From Hemiscyllium ocellatum (taxonomy: Eukaryota): 64,000 bases of DNA. Shown piece after piece: positions 1 through 13,066 of the stretch (the first letter of the stretch is position 1; every line of letters starts with the position of its first letter). Both the position numbers and the translations under genes were made by a program. A model generated the notes under the pieces. It saw only the letters and a program-made list of their open reading frames with translations. It ran no database searches and had not been told where the DNA came from. Where the stretch lies: positions 1,430,070 to 1,494,069 of the forward strand of contig NW_026867631.1 of assembly GCF_020745735.1 (NCBI RefSeq), written 5' to 3'.

Positions 1-330
1 CCCTAACACGGTCTTGGAGGAGCTGTAGATGGGTGCACTTCCTGCAATTAATCAGCAGGGACGACCATGGCATCCCTCACCTCAAACATGTTGCAAGAGG
101 AACATTGCACTGCCTTCACTGCCATCCCTCTGAAAGTAACCTTTTAGAAAACCTAGGTCTAAACACTAGAATAAGCAAAATGCAGCACTTACCTTCTTAC
201 CACAACGGGTCTTATTATTAGGTTAGAGGAGGAGGGCGGGTGCGAGCCTCAATGACTGCTTATTTTCAGTGCATAGGCAGATTACTAAAAGCCAATCAAA
301 CCCGGAGTAAAACTGAGCTGGGACAATTGT
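1..330 (-). mobile_element. CR1/HER1-type LINE 5' end (ORF1 zinc-finger fragment)
   Basis: The reverse strand of 1-125 reads MAVKAVQCSSCNMFEVRDAMVVPAD..CRKCTHLQLLQDRVR (frameshifted), a CxxC..CxxC motif plus zipper start typical of CR1 ORF1. Confidence 0.6.
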
Positions 331-741
331 CCTGTCCACTTTCATTCTAGACTTGTTTTCTTTTTAAATCTTGGAAGCCATTTCGCCTGAGACAGTATTT
401 GTTGTCGGTAATCACACTGGCTAGAAAACACTTCTCGGACAGTTCCCAGGAACATTTCCCAGACTTCTCAGAATCGCTGATTTCAGGACATCTTGGGAAA
501 TAAATGTGCTAAGGACAGCGTAACCTGTTTAAAGAGCAGCATCGTGACATTTCACTCCTTTGAAAAAACAGTGATTTTCCAAAGATTTTTACAAAAAATT
601 AAAACCCTTAATTTTAAATTATTAATACCCTATGATATGCATAGACATTACATGTACAATAATAATGCAATCATATCCTATGACGTTTTGGTTCGGCCTG
701 TTCGTGCCGACCACTGAAATCGTCAGCTTCCCATTCAAATA

Positions 742-980
742 TTAGATTAGATTAGATTAGATTACTTACAGTGTGGAAACAGGCCCTTCGGCCCAACAAG
801 TCCACACCGACCTGCCGAAGCGCAACCCACCCATACCCCTACATTTACACCTTACCTAACACTATGGGCAATTTAGCATGGCCAATTCACCTGACCCGCA
901 CATCTTTGGATTGTGGGAGGAAACCGGAGCACCCGGAGGAAACCCACGCAGACACGGGGAGAATGTGCAAACTCCACACA
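742..980 (-). mobile_element. HE1-type tRNA-derived SINE, 5'-truncated
   Basis: Has a (TAGAT)n tail; the body is nearly identical to the full copy at 22796-23110; the head is missing. Confidence 0.9.
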
Positions 981-1116
981 TCTGCGTTGCAATTTTTAAA
1001 TTGAAAATCTACGAAAGAAAATTCCATCGATACACTCTGGCAATTTTGTCTTTCAGTTTCTTCGCAATATCCAATGGGTTTTGATCAGTGTATATTATTG
1101 TCACAGATGCATTACT

Positions 1117-1303
1117 TGAGTTTAAAATGTGGTGCTGGAAAAACACAGCAGGCCAGGCAGCATCCGAACAGCAGGAGAGAAGAAGGGTTTTTGCCCGAAA
1201 CGTCAATTCTCCTGCTCCTCGGATGTTGCCTGATCTGCTGTGTTTTTCCATCACCACATTTTTCAACTCTGGTACTCCAGCATCGGCAGTCCCCAGTTTC
1301 TCT
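1117..1303. mobile_element. Penelope-type short palindromic insert (degenerate hammerhead)
   Basis: Inverted arms TGTGGTGCTGGAAAAACACAGCAG..CTGCTGTGTTTTTCCATCACCACA, a GCCCGAAACGTC core and flanking repeats cagatgcattact/cagatagattact. Confidence 0.75.
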
Positions 1304-1680
1304 CAGATAGATTACTGGTAACATAAATATTACAATGTTCTAACGACAACACCCAGCTCGATGTCTTCTTCGCAACCAATGAATATTTCTGCCGATATGT
1401 GTTCAACATCCTGGAGAAATACCGGATAGGTCTTTCGATCTTCTCATCATCTTCTTGAAAGAGCACAGCACCAATAGCCACATCACTTGCATCGTTATCC
1501 ACCTTGAATGGTTTTGAGTAATTAGGTCTGGGACAGTGGCTAACACGGCGTTCAGGTTGTCAAATATCTTCTGGTATTGTGCTTGTCACTGAAACGTCTT
1601 GCCTTGCCTTTCTTTAGCTATTCAGTGAGTGGAACCGATACACTGCTAAAACCTGGTAGGAATTCTCATTAAAACACGAC
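1304..1680 (-). mobile_element. Gypsy (Gmr1-like) RNase H remnant
   Basis: ORF 1263-1502 contains DASDVAIGAVLFQEDDEKIERPIRYFSR, a Ty3/Gypsy RNase H motif. Confidence 0.85.
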
Positions 1681-2359
1681 TAATGCTTTCTAACACCATG
1701 CTGATTTTGAGGGATTGTGTAACCACTGGCATTGCATTGCTAATGCAATGAAAAAACATTGCAAATCTCCTGTTATAAATTCCTTGATAAAGCACTCTAA
1801 CAATTTTGCTTATATCTCAACAGTTTGCTCGCTACTTTAGATTCCCTGATGAATATGATTACTCTCAGTTATTCAATTTATGAAACCTTCACGTTCAACT
1901 TCCATTGGGCTCAATCTGTTCCAGTTTTACACACTTGATGGACTGATTGTCCCTCTGGTAGTGTTACATTATCGCTTTGCTGCCCGGCATGTCCTGCTCC
2001 TGTTCCTAACTACAAGGTCCATGGTCTGCTTGTCCTCCTCCTGTGGCTGTGTGAAGCGTGTGATTACTTATGTAATCTTCCAGTTTTGTGTAAGAATTTA
2101 ATGGATTCAAGGGTCCACTGAATCCTGAAGTGTCTTCCATTACAGGATTTTGATAATGAGCGATTTCCTCTTCAACTATTAAATGAGAGTGAGGGAGTGA
2201 TTTATCTCCCGACCCCACACAACAAACACATGGCTGAGTTACCTTATTTCCAATAAAAGTCTCAACCATTTTCATAAATGTATACATTAATGGCAAGAAG
2301 CAGTTCAGGGAACCAGTTTTGTGCTGTTCCCAGTTTAACAGTGTCCTTTCTTCATTCAG

Positions 2360-2769
2360 GGAGAAAGTGAGGTCTGCAGATGCTGGAGTATCAGAGCTGA
2401 AAATGTGTTGCTGGAAAAGCTCAGCCGGTCAGGTAGCATCCAAGGAACAGGAAATTCGACGCTTCGGGCATAAGCCCTTCATCAGGAATGAGGAATAGAG
2501 CTTCTTCAAGGAAGGCATCCTTGCAAGAGGATTCTCAGTAGGTTAAAATCTTCGAGGAGAAAGTGAGGTCTGCAGATGCTGGAGTATCAGAGCTGAAAAT
2601 GTGATGCTGGAAAAGCGCAGCAGGTCAGGCAGCATCCAAGGAACAGGAAATTCGAAGTTTCGGGCGTAAGCCCTTCATCGGGATGAAGGGCTTATCCCCG
2701 AAACGTCGAATTTCCTGTTGCTTGGAAGCTGCCTGACCTGCTGCGCTTTTCCAGCAACACATTTTCAGC
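2360..2769. mobile_element. Penelope-type insert: two tandem terminal repeats plus an inverted copy, hammerhead-like cores
   Basis: Direct repeats at 2360-2490 and ~2556-2680, an inverted arm at ~2682-2769, and a 15-bp flanking duplication cctttcttcattcag/cctgtcttcattcag. Confidence 0.85.
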
Positions 2770-3299
2770 CCTGTCTTCATTCAGCAAACTGAATCTGTCT
2801 ACATTAGTGTAGATTGTCTTTCACTAAGGTCATGTACAGCAGCAGCAATACGTTGTCAGCGTGCTCTAAAGTTCCTACTGAGGTTTGAGCAGTGTGAGCT
2901 GGAGGACATTACTGCTGATCGATCAATGCCCTGCGCTAATCCAACAGCATTAGAGGAGATCTGCTGAAAATGTCACAATGAAGCTTGAGAGGAACGAATA
3001 CAATATGGTGAGATATTCTTCACGTCGACCTACGCCTTCGCAAATCTCTCGACTGCATCTAATATTTCTCTCTCTCGAGTCCATGCCATTGAGTTCGCAC
3101 TGGATATGCTATACTAAAGATGAGACACAACAAGGAGAAACAGACGTTGAGGGGACTTATGTATCAAAGTACAATACAAACTTTGCACACGTTATAAAAC
3201 AGGAAATTGGATCTCCAAATTTGTGAGAATTGCAGTAACAAAAGGGCAAATTTAAATTGCTCCTAAACTGCTTTTGCAGTGTCAATGCTGGGAAAAATG

Positions 3300-4630
3300 A
3301 ATATCATGATTGTATATGAGATGACTTGCTTTGGCAAGATGTTGAGCACTGAGCTAGATATAAGACTCTTTTGAAATTGGTATTGTGTGATCAGAAGAGC
3401 TAATTGAAAACTTTGCTTACACGCGATTTTTAGGAGTAGTGATCATAATGCATTAATTTTTTGATGAAGTGTGAGTGAAAATAATTCCAGTTTTTAATTA
3501 GTTTTTGAGTTGTAATTATTTTTATAAACCTGAACAGTGCAACCAACGTAGTTATGTTGGGCAAGTGGGCACCAGAGAATAGGAAAAGTACATGAGAAAG
3601 GTTTAATAGAAGTCAGGCAATATCTGTTTTAACAAAAGCACTGTAAGGTATATAATATACATGTATCCCTCCAAGGTGCAAGCAGCTAAAGGAAAGGAAA
3701 CACAATGGTAACGAACAATGAAGTTTAAGATTGCATTAGATCAAAGGGAGCGGATTTTAAAAATGGCAGATATTTTAGTAACTTATAGATTCGAAGGAAT
3801 TTCAGACCCAGCAAATGAGGACAACAAACTAATGGAAAAAAAGGAAAAGAATAAGGATGCAAGGCAGATGCAAAATAAAAACAAGTCAATAGGCATTTAT
3901 CAATATTTGAAAGGGAAAAATAAATACCTTTGAAGCTGGAACCGTCAGTGAAGAAGCTACATATTGTAGGTAGCAAAGAAATTACAAGGAAACTAGACAT
4001 TTACTTTGTGTCGATAGTAATGGTAGAATATCCAGAAAATCTCCAAGAAATGCTAAGTGAATATGAGACTTAAGTAACTGAAAACTAAAAGCAATAATAT
4101 CCGGAATGAAGTAATATTTGAAACATAGGTCGATTGAAATTTGAAACAGCTGACACATCAAACGGATTTCAAGAACAGAATTTGGAGAAACCAGCAATAT
4201 GCATATTGATTTATTTGGCGATCGCTGTGTTTTGTCTTACATATTCTGCAATGACAGGATACGATTCTGGATAACTGGAAGACACGTAAACCGAAGTGAA
4301 GAATCGAAGGAGGGATGAACTCCAAATGAATTAACTTGTCTTATACAATGGAGAATAATTTGAAATCTATTATAAATAATGCTTTGTCATTCAGCAATGA
4401 ATCGCACAATTGGAGAGAATGATAAACCATCTATGAAAGGAAAAACACAACTGAAAATCGTTATTTGAAATTGAATGACAATATTTCCTGTTAAGACAAA
4501 CAATGGACAGCCAGTGGAGATGGCACAGTTGGATATTCAGGAGGATGTTTTTTAAGAACTCACACAGGCAGTTCGTAGAAAACATTAAAGTTAAGGATAT
4601 GGAAATACTATGACGTACCTTAAAAACTGT
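3300..4630 (+). mobile_element. Highly decayed CR1 LINE ORF2 fragment
   Basis: A-rich, with residual similarity to the CR1 EN-RT linker and early RT motifs seen in the 46935-49505 copy; many stops. Confidence 0.5.
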
Positions 4631-4739
4631 CATTTGTCGCCACTATTTGGCGCCATTGCGAATAATTTAGGAATGTGTCAAAAAATGTCCTCAGGAAGAG
4701 AGTCCATTGATCACGAGCTAGTTCCAGAACATCGATGGC

Positions 4740-5780
4740 AACTGCGCCCACAATCCCTTCACAAGAACATCAACACCATCTAAACTGGACCCAACCAACA
4801 CTGACATTACAGATCCTCACGTGCCATCTTTGTTGCTTGACCAATACTCTTCCAACATTGCCTCCTCACCTGGACGAGAACAACGAATGGCACAGTAACA
4901 TTTTTTTTGCTGCTGAGTCAACCTCATTGATGTTGCCAAAATGCCCTTTCAGCATCACTTTGTCAGTGTCATTCAGTGGCCCCACAACATCAAAAAATTC
5001 ACAAATTGTCAGGTGCCATCTTTTGCTCCTGGGCCTATCGCACTTATGGCGCATCTGCCCATGAAGTGAATACCAATTCTGGATCCTGTGTGCTCAATCT
5101 AGAAAAGTAGAGACGCATTCTCCTCAGTACAGGGCCTGCTGTAGGTCTGCACCCTCGGAGCAGCTCGAGGTCTGCTCCCTGGGTCCGACTCAACAGTGAT
5201 TACTTGGGCCTGTCTCGAAGTCTGCTCCCTGCACCCACGTTGAAATTCGTTCCCAGGGCATCGATCGATGTTTGCTCTCTTCCCATTCGATGTGTGGTCC
5301 CTCGAACTAACTTGGGGTCCACTTCCCTGTGCCACACGCGAAATCAGTACGCTGCATCTGGCTTGAGGACTGCTCCCTGTATTCAGCTGTCCCATTCCCT
5401 GGGACAGGTCAAGGTTCATTCCGTTGACCACGGTCGAGGTCCCTAGCTTCGGCCTGGCATAAGTTCCACTTCCTTGGGTGCACACGGAGACTGCTCCCCG
5501 TACCTGGCTCAAGGTCTGATCTTTATATCCAGCGTAATGTCTGCTCCCATGGCCAGACTCGGTGTTCCCTCACTAGATCTGACCCAACCCCTGTTCCCTG
5601 GGCCTCGCTCTAGGCGCTGCAAGTTGTTTCTTCCCTGGGCTCGGCTGAAGCTGTTCTGCTGCTGTCCAGTTCGAGGACTGTGCCCTGAGCGTGACTCAAG
5701 GTTCCCTCCTTGGCAGATGGTGGGGATCAAGTTGACAGTGATGCTGTAAAAGCATAGCTGAACATTCAGCATCTAAAATG
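4740..5780 (-). mobile_element. Possible PIF/Harbinger transposon remnant
   Basis: GC-rich block; the minus-strand VMLKGHF resembles the HARBI1-type xMLKxRF motif. Weak evidence. Confidence 0.3.
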
Positions 5781-5789
5781 CATGAAAGC

Positions 5790-6520
5790 CCATCATCACG
5801 AATGAGGCTGGGAGGCTCGGATGTGGATAGGTGAATGGAAGGGTGTGGGGCTGGGGAGAAGGTAACTCAGAGTACAATAGGTGGACGGAGGTGATGGTGG
5901 ATTTCACTACCCCCATCCATCCAGTCAGTCAGGTGGGTGGAGCGAATATGTGGGAAGAAAGGTTGAAAGGCTGAGATCCACATTGATGTCTTGGGGTTCA
6001 AGGATCCAGAAGCGGAAGATGAGATATTCTTCTTCTCGTAGTCGCGTAGTGAGGTCGTGGCAGCGGAGGAGGCCCAGGACCTGCATGTTGGCAGCAGAGT
6101 GGGAGATGGAATTGAAACGTTCGGCCACCGGGTCGGTCGGGTTGATTGACGCAGGTGTCCCAGAGAAGGCCTCTGAAGCGCTCCGTGAGACGATGTCGAG
6201 TCTCCACAACGTACAAGACACCATATTGGGAATAAAGGATGCAATAAATGATATGCGTGGAAGTCCAGGTGAAACTTTGATGGATGTCGAAGGCTGCTCT
6301 GGGACCATGGACGGAGGTGAAGGGGAAGGTGTAGACGAAGGTTTGTAATTCCTGCAGTGGCAGGGGAAGGTCCTGGGATGGGTGTGTGGCTTGTTGGGGG
6401 GCGAGGGCTTGACCAGGTAGTCGGGGAGGGGATAGTCCTTGTGGAAAACAGATGGGGAGGAGAGGGAAATATATCCCTGGTGGTGTGGTCCGTTTGGAGT
6501 TAGCAGAAACGTCCACGGAT
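5790..6520 (-). mobile_element. Penelope-like element remnant (GIY-YIG endonuclease)
   Basis: Frameshifted FTWTSTHIIYCI..YGVLYVVETRHRLTERFR and PVAERFNSISHS..RLREEEYLIFRFWILEPQDIN match the Penelope GIY-YIG C-terminus. Confidence 0.85.
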
Positions 6521-6544
6521 GATATGATTAATAATAAGTCCGAA

Positions 6545-6900
6545 TCTTCTGTAACCTACAATCCCAGGACTGTTCCATAACTGATATTCACCGGAGGGTT
6601 CTATTATTGAAATTCTTTGGCATGTTCTATAACCAACAATTTCTGGAACATTATATTACTGACCTGCTTCCGAACTTTCAGAAACTGACATATTGTCAGT
6701 AACCAACATTTGTGAGAAAATTCTGTTACCATACCATTTGCCAGAGCATTTTATAACTGACATGCATCAAAACATTTTATAATCGACATTCTCCTGATCA
6801 TTCTATCCAGGAACATTTTTAACTGATGTTCCCCGGAATGTTCTACAACCTGTATCTTCTGTATCATTCTATAATCAACATTATTTGCAAACTTCTGAAC
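6545..6900. repeat. Degenerate ~26 bp minisatellite (consensus near CATTCTATAACCGACATTCTCCGGAA)
   Basis: Recurrent (g/c)attctataa(c/t)c(a/g)acatt motif; an inverted relative lies at 27050-27195. Confidence 0.6.
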
Positions 6901-7435
6901 GGCAGTGAATTGAACAAACGGGAGAATCCCGACGGAAGCGATCCCATTCCAGTGACAAGGAAGTACTGTTTCGATGTCCTCTGAGGCAGTTAAAGGTGTT
7001 CGCACGTTTTCTCTGCATTTAAATTTTGGACGCCAGAGGACCAATCACAAAGTAGAAACGAAGGCAGAAATTTCTAAACAACATTTGTCTTCAATGAACT
7101 TGGAGAGAATCGTTCAAGTAGGCAATGTTTTCACCCTCCACGTTAGGAACTGGAAAGAAGTGACATGTATGTGCTGTTCTTTGATCGAGTGCATGGGAAT
7201 GTTCCCTAGAAATCAAGTGTTCTTGTCAATGTTTTTCTGTGTGTTTGGGAGCCAGCGTTTCTTGTGTTTGACATCGCATTTTTGTAAATAATTCAAAACT
7301 TAGCATTTGTTATTTCACTAATTTTTACCATTAATTAGTACATTCAATTTCTGAATACAGTGAGGCAGTTGAAAATCAAACTGGTAACCTTACTTGAAGG
7401 CTGATGTATATTTTGTTTGTTTTCCTCCCTTACAG

Positions 7436-8343
7436 TTAACGTACTGACGATTTACGTCTTGCTGTGTAAAGATTGTGGATTATCTCCATGTGTCAGTCGT
7501 TACTTGGTGGCCATGGCATTGGCAGATCTATTGGTCATTATCCTCGATCTGATATTGAGACACATTCCAATTGTTTATCGGGAACAGTTCTATTTTCTAA
7601 GTGACATACCCGTGTGTAATATCCATGCCGTCCTGCTTTATGCAGCCATTGACTGTTCTGTCTGGTTCACTGTCGCTTTCACGTTTGATCGATATTTAGC
7701 CATTTGTTCCCAGAAGCTAAAAGGTAAATATTGCACTGAGAAAACGGCTGCTGTAGTTCTGGTAACAGTGACTGTGCTGAGCTGTTTAAAGAACATTTTC
7801 TGGTATTTCATGCTCACTGCTCAGTATTTGCTGGGAAACGACCCCTGGTTTTGTGACGTAACAATCACTGTTTATTTCTCTCCTGTATGGGTCACAATCG
7901 AGTTCCTCCACAACATTCTAACCCCAGCTCTCCCATTTCTCCTGATTCTGCTGCTAAACGTTTTTACCGTCAGGCACATTTTAGTGTCTAGCAGAGCCCG
8001 CAGGAGACTACGGTCTCACATTAAAGGGGACGCTTACAGTGATACAGAAATGCAAAACCGAAAGAAATCTATCATTTTACTGTTTGTAATCTCGGCCAAT
8101 TTCATCCTGCTATGGTCAATGTTAATGGTGTACTCGATATGGTACCGAATGGATGATTTGGGCTATGACTCCGTTCATCTAGATTGGTTTGTGCAGGAGA
8201 TGGGCTTCATGCTTCAGCTCCTCAGTTGCTGCACAAACACTGTGATTTATGCCGTGACCCAGACTAAGTACAGACAACATCTGAGGAATGTGCTGAAATA
8301 TCCCTTTAAACGAATTCGTCAATCCATCAAATACAGTCATTAA
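7436..8343 (+). CDS. GPR139-like class A GPCR, coding exon 2 (TM1 end to TM7 and stop); exon 1 not found on this strand in the window
   Basis: Open frame with AMALADL (TM2), FTFDRYLAIC (TM3) and SCCTNTVIY (TM7). A pyrimidine tract plus acceptor tacag|TTAAC at 7435/7436 has the same phase-1 V-N junction as the paralogue at 55093. Confidence 0.9.
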
Positions 8344-11300
8344 TCAATCCATTCAGAATTTTCACGTTTTGGTGCAATATTTCAAAAAATGAAGCGGCCT
8401 ATTGCTTTGGTACCAGAGTGAAGAGAGTGTTCGTGTGTCCAATCTTACGCTCCAAGACGTTACAGAGAAACCATTCCACTGACTGTACTTCAATTGCAAC
8501 TCATAAAGATAGTCATTAAAAGTGCCAAGCATAAGAGTGTTTGTCTTTATGTTGAAGAAGCTGTGATCGAGCGAGGCAAACCTTACCCAAATGCATCATT
8601 CTCCTGGAAGGTGGCGGGAGGGATATCGGGCCTGTGTTCAAGAGTTGGGCTTAAGTCACTCTGTCCTTGCTTTCTCTTCTGGGTCAACCACTCTGACCTC
8701 AACTTGGTAAAATTCATCTATTCCCGATCGGACCTCTTCCGCCCTCTCTCTGCCTCTCCTTATCTCTGTCGTTGACCCCTCACTGTTTCTCACCCTTCCG
8801 TCTCTATCTCTCCTCTCTCTCTCTCTCTTTTTCTCTCTTGCTCTCTGTCTCTCTCTCGGCCTCTCTCTTCTACCACTCTTCCCCTCCTTATATTTCACTC
8901 CCATCTCTCTTTTTCACGTCCTCACGTATTTCTCTTGTGCCCTCTGTCTTTCCAACATTTTTTCTTTCCCGCCTTCCTCACTTACAGCCCCTCTGTCACA
9001 CCTCTCTCTTCCCCATTGTGTCTCATCTGAACTCTCACTCATTCTGTCCATATCTCTCCAATATTCTCCTTCTCTGTGCCCTCTCTCTGTCACACTCACC
9101 CCTTTCAACTCTCTCTGTCTATGTCCAGTCACAACACTTACGCTCCCAAGTTTGCAGATCCAACTCTCTATCAATCTTCCTACGAGTCTGCGCTCTACCT
9201 CTCTTGCTTTCACTCCACTCTTCTCCCTCTCTTTCTCAATCCCATTTTGTCTTTCATTATACCGTCTCACTTTCCACCTCCCCTTCTCTCCCTCCCTCCG
9301 TCTCTACATTCCTCACTCCTTCCTCTCTCTCTCCACACTCTTATTTTCCTCACCCACTCTTTGTCTCCATCTCTGCCTCCTTTTCTGCTGCCCTCTTTTC
9401 TCCTTTTTCCCATCACTCTCCCTCTACCTACTGTTCTTCTCTCTTGACTTCTGTGTATCTCTATCTCACTCCACCTCTACATCTTCCTGCCTCGCCCTGC
9501 TCTTCGCTCTCCCTCTGTTCCTCTGTCTACCTGCTCTCTCTCTCTATCTATCTCTCTCTCAACCCCACTCTTCCCTGTTCTGTCTCTCGACACTCTATCC
9601 CTATCCCTCAACTCTCTACTTCGACGATTTCTCTCCCCGCTGGACCCCATCTCTCTCTTTCTTCCCCTCACTACTCCGTCTCCGTCTCCTTCGCTGTGTT
9701 CCTCGCTCTCTCGCTCTTTCTTGCTCCCTGTCCATCTCTCTCCCTGTGCTCCGTCTCTCTATATACCCATTTCTCCCTTCCACTCACTTTCTGCCCTCTT
9801 CCAATCTTTCTTTCACGACCTCTTACACTCCTACATCTCTTTCTCACCTCTACAACTGCCTCATCTCTCTTGCACTTCCCTCTCTTTTTCTCTCTCCCTC
9901 GTTAGCTCCTCCAGATATTTCTCTCCTCCTTTTCTCCCTCTGTTTACGATCTCTCTCTCTCCAAATCCTAATGACACACTTCCCCTCTCTCACCCTCTGA
10001 AACTCTCTCTCCAGTCACCCTCTATCCTCTTTCCAATTCTCCCCTCAATCTCTCTCTCTCGACTCCACTCTCTCCTAACCTCTCACGCGCTGTCTCCCAT
10101 CCGTCTGTTCTTTCTTCCATCATCTTTCTATTCACCCCTCAGTCCCCTCCTCTGCCTCTCTTGTCCCGTTTCTGTCTCCATTCTCTCTTGCCCCTCTCTC
10201 TTTTCTGCACATTTTCTGCCTCTCTCTCTCGCCTGTCACTCGCCAATGCTCTCACTTGTCATTTCGCTACCTCCTCTCCCGTCTCTCTCTCTCTCTCCTG
10301 CGCACGCCATTTTCACTTTGAACTCTCTTGGTACTTCTCGGTCTATAGTTGCTTGTCACCCCCTTCCGCTCCGCCCACTCATTCTATGTTGTCTCTCCTT
10401 AACACTTTATTGTCCTGAGTGCAAAGTCGCTCTCTCTCTCCACCTCTCTCCATTAACACTCATCTCTATACCATCTTACCATCTGTTACTCACTATCTCT
10501 CTTCACCCCTCTTTGTTTCACTCCCTCTCTCTGTTTCCCCTTCTTTTCTGTCTCCGCTTTGCCCCCCTCTCTCTCTCGGACCACCCTCCTTTTTTGGCCT
10601 TTTCCATCTTGCTCCACTCACTCTCCCCTCACATCTTCCTTCTCTTTCACCACTTTCTATCACTTGCTCTCTCGCCCTCACTGTCGTGGATTCTCGCTGT
10701 CAACCCGTTCTGTGCACGTCTCTCTCACTTTCTCTTCTCCTTCTCTTGTTCTCGCTCTTTTCAGCACTCTTCCCTCTCGTTCTATTCCTCCATCGACGAT
10801 CTTACGCCCGCTCCCCTTTCCTCCATCTTTCATGCATCTCTCTTCACGTTCCCATGCTGCCTCCCAATCACATTCTATCTCTCGCTCCCTTTCTATCTCC
10901 CCCCTCACTCACTGCCCCACGTTATATACTCACTGTCTCCTCCTCACACCTTCATTCTCCCTCGCATCCCTCACTCTAATATCATCTCCACATCTCCCTC
11001 TTTCTCCCACCAGCTCTGAACCCCGGACACTTATCTTTTACACCGTCTCTCTTTGCCCATACTCGGTCTACCCCCTCTCCCCTTCTCTTTCTACCACTCT
11101 CTCTACTCTCTATCTCTCTATGTCACCCTCTTTCTCTCCCCTTGTCCGTTTCATTCTCCTTTTCCCTCTTGCATCTCTCTCTTCCCCTCTCTGTCTTACA
11201 TCGCCTCTCTCCCATCTCTATCCCTCGCCCAATATTTCTCTGCACCTTCTCTGTTTCAGTTCACTGATTGGTTCCCTCCATTTCACGCCCGCTCTTCTAT

Positions 11301-12845
11301 TTCTCCCTTCCTCCTCCCTCTCTCGCACGTGCGTCTCTCTCCATCCCTCTCTCCAACAATCTTTCACTCTCACCTCTGCCCCTCCCAAACCCCCTCTCTC
11401 TCACTATCTACCACTGACTGTAACTGTCTCAGTCTCCCATTCTCTCCCTTCCCCTTTCATCCTCTCTGTCCCTTTTTGCCTCTCAGCCAATCTCTCTGTT
11501 ACCACCCTCTCTTGCTCTCTTTCCCAATTTTCTCTCTCTTACACATCTCTCTACTTCTCTCTCTTTGCCCACGTCTCTTCCTCTCTGTTTCTCTCGCTCG
11601 TTTACTCTTTCACTCTCTCCCTGTTCCTCCCGGTCTTCTGTCTCTATTCTCCCTGCTCTCCATGTCCCTCTTCCCTCCTTCTCCATTTTCTTCCTCCCCC
11701 TCTCTCTATCTCCCCGTCACACTTCTATACCTCCCTCTTTCTCTTTCTCTCCCATTCACATTTCTTTCTCCCCGCTGTCTCCACCTTCTTTGTCTCTCCC
11801 CTACCGGATTCCCTATATCCCTTTCTGTCTTCCTCCTCTCTTCCCCATGCTGTCTTTCTGTGTCTCCCCTATATTCTGTGTCCTCCATATCTCCTTTTCC
11901 CCCTCTCTATCTCTCTGTTTCTCTCACTCCCTCTATGTCTCTTTCTCTCTTCCTCTCTTTTTCTTCCGCTTCTCTGCCTTACACATCGCTCTACTTACAC
12001 CACACTATCCTCCACAAGCGCTCTCTACTTCTCTCCCCCTCCTATTCTCCCATTCATTTTCGCCATACATTCCACATCTCTCTCTCTCTCTGTCCCCTGC
12101 CTCTCTTCCCGTCCCTCCCCGCCATCTTTCTCTCTCTTTCCTCGTCTACCTCGTTCCTCTCTCTCCCAAACCCCTCTTTCTCTCCGTTTTCCTCATTCGT
12201 TCTCTCCCCTCTCTATTTCCCTCATCCTGTCCCTATCGCTCACTCCCACTCTGTTTTCACATTCTGTCCATGATCTATATCTTTCCCCCTCCGTCACCAC
12301 TTTCATTTCTCTAATCCTCTGTTGCTTTTCACCCTCTCTCACCCAAGCATCTCTCTCACCCCTCAAATCTATCCCTCCCCAATTTTTCTCGCTCCCGCTA
12401 CCTTCCCACTTCCTCTCTAATTATCTCATTTCTTTCTGTATCTCCACTCTCCACCTTTTTCCGCTCCCTCTTTCTGTCTCTTCTCCATTTTCTCTCCCCT
12501 CTACTTCTATCTCCCTCCATTCTTTCTCCGCCTTTCACTTTCTCAGTCTATCACTCTCTCTTTCTCCCCGTCTCTTTCTTTTGTTCCTTCTATCAACACC
12601 GCCTACAATCGCACAAATCTTTAGATCCCCTAATCTGTCTTTGTCGTACCGTCTATCTCTTTCTATCCCTCACTTGCTCGGTCTCTCACACATCTCTGTC
12701 CGATCTCTCCCGATTCTCTGTAAACCTCTCTCTCCCAATATTTCCAGTAGGCCCTCTGCCCCTCCTACTCACTCTTTCTATCCACCCTCTCAATCGTCAC
12801 CCCTCCTTCTATGTCCCCACTCTCTCTCGCACTCTTTCTTTCTCA

Positions 12846-13066
12846 GAGTAAAAAGTGATGTCTGCAGGTGCTGGAGATCAGAGCTGAAAATGTGTTGCTG
12901 GTTAAAGCACAGCAGGTTAGGCAGCATCTAAGGAACAGGAAATTGGACGTTCGGGCCCGAGCCCTTCAGCCTTTCCTGATGAAGGGCTCTGGCCCGAAAC
13001 GTCGAATTTCCTGTTCCTTGGATGCTGTCTGACCTGCTGTGCTTTAACCAGCAACACATTTTCAGC
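12846..13066. mobile_element. Penelope-type palindromic insert with an intact hammerhead core
   Basis: Inverted arms; ttc-CTGATGA-A-GGGC-tctg-GCCC-GAAAC-GTC-gaa at 12973-13006; flanked by tttctttctca on both sides. Confidence 0.85.
12973..13006 (+). ncRNA. Minimal type I hammerhead ribozyme motif
   Basis: CUGAUGA and GAAA boxes, 4-bp stem II, palindromic ACGU stem III, GUC cleavage triplet and UUC/GAA stem I. Confidence 0.7.

Noticed and set aside
7417-7435. ORF-track start (MFSSLT) for the plus-strand GPCR
   Set aside because: It is a TTG within the intronic polypyrimidine tract before the acceptor.
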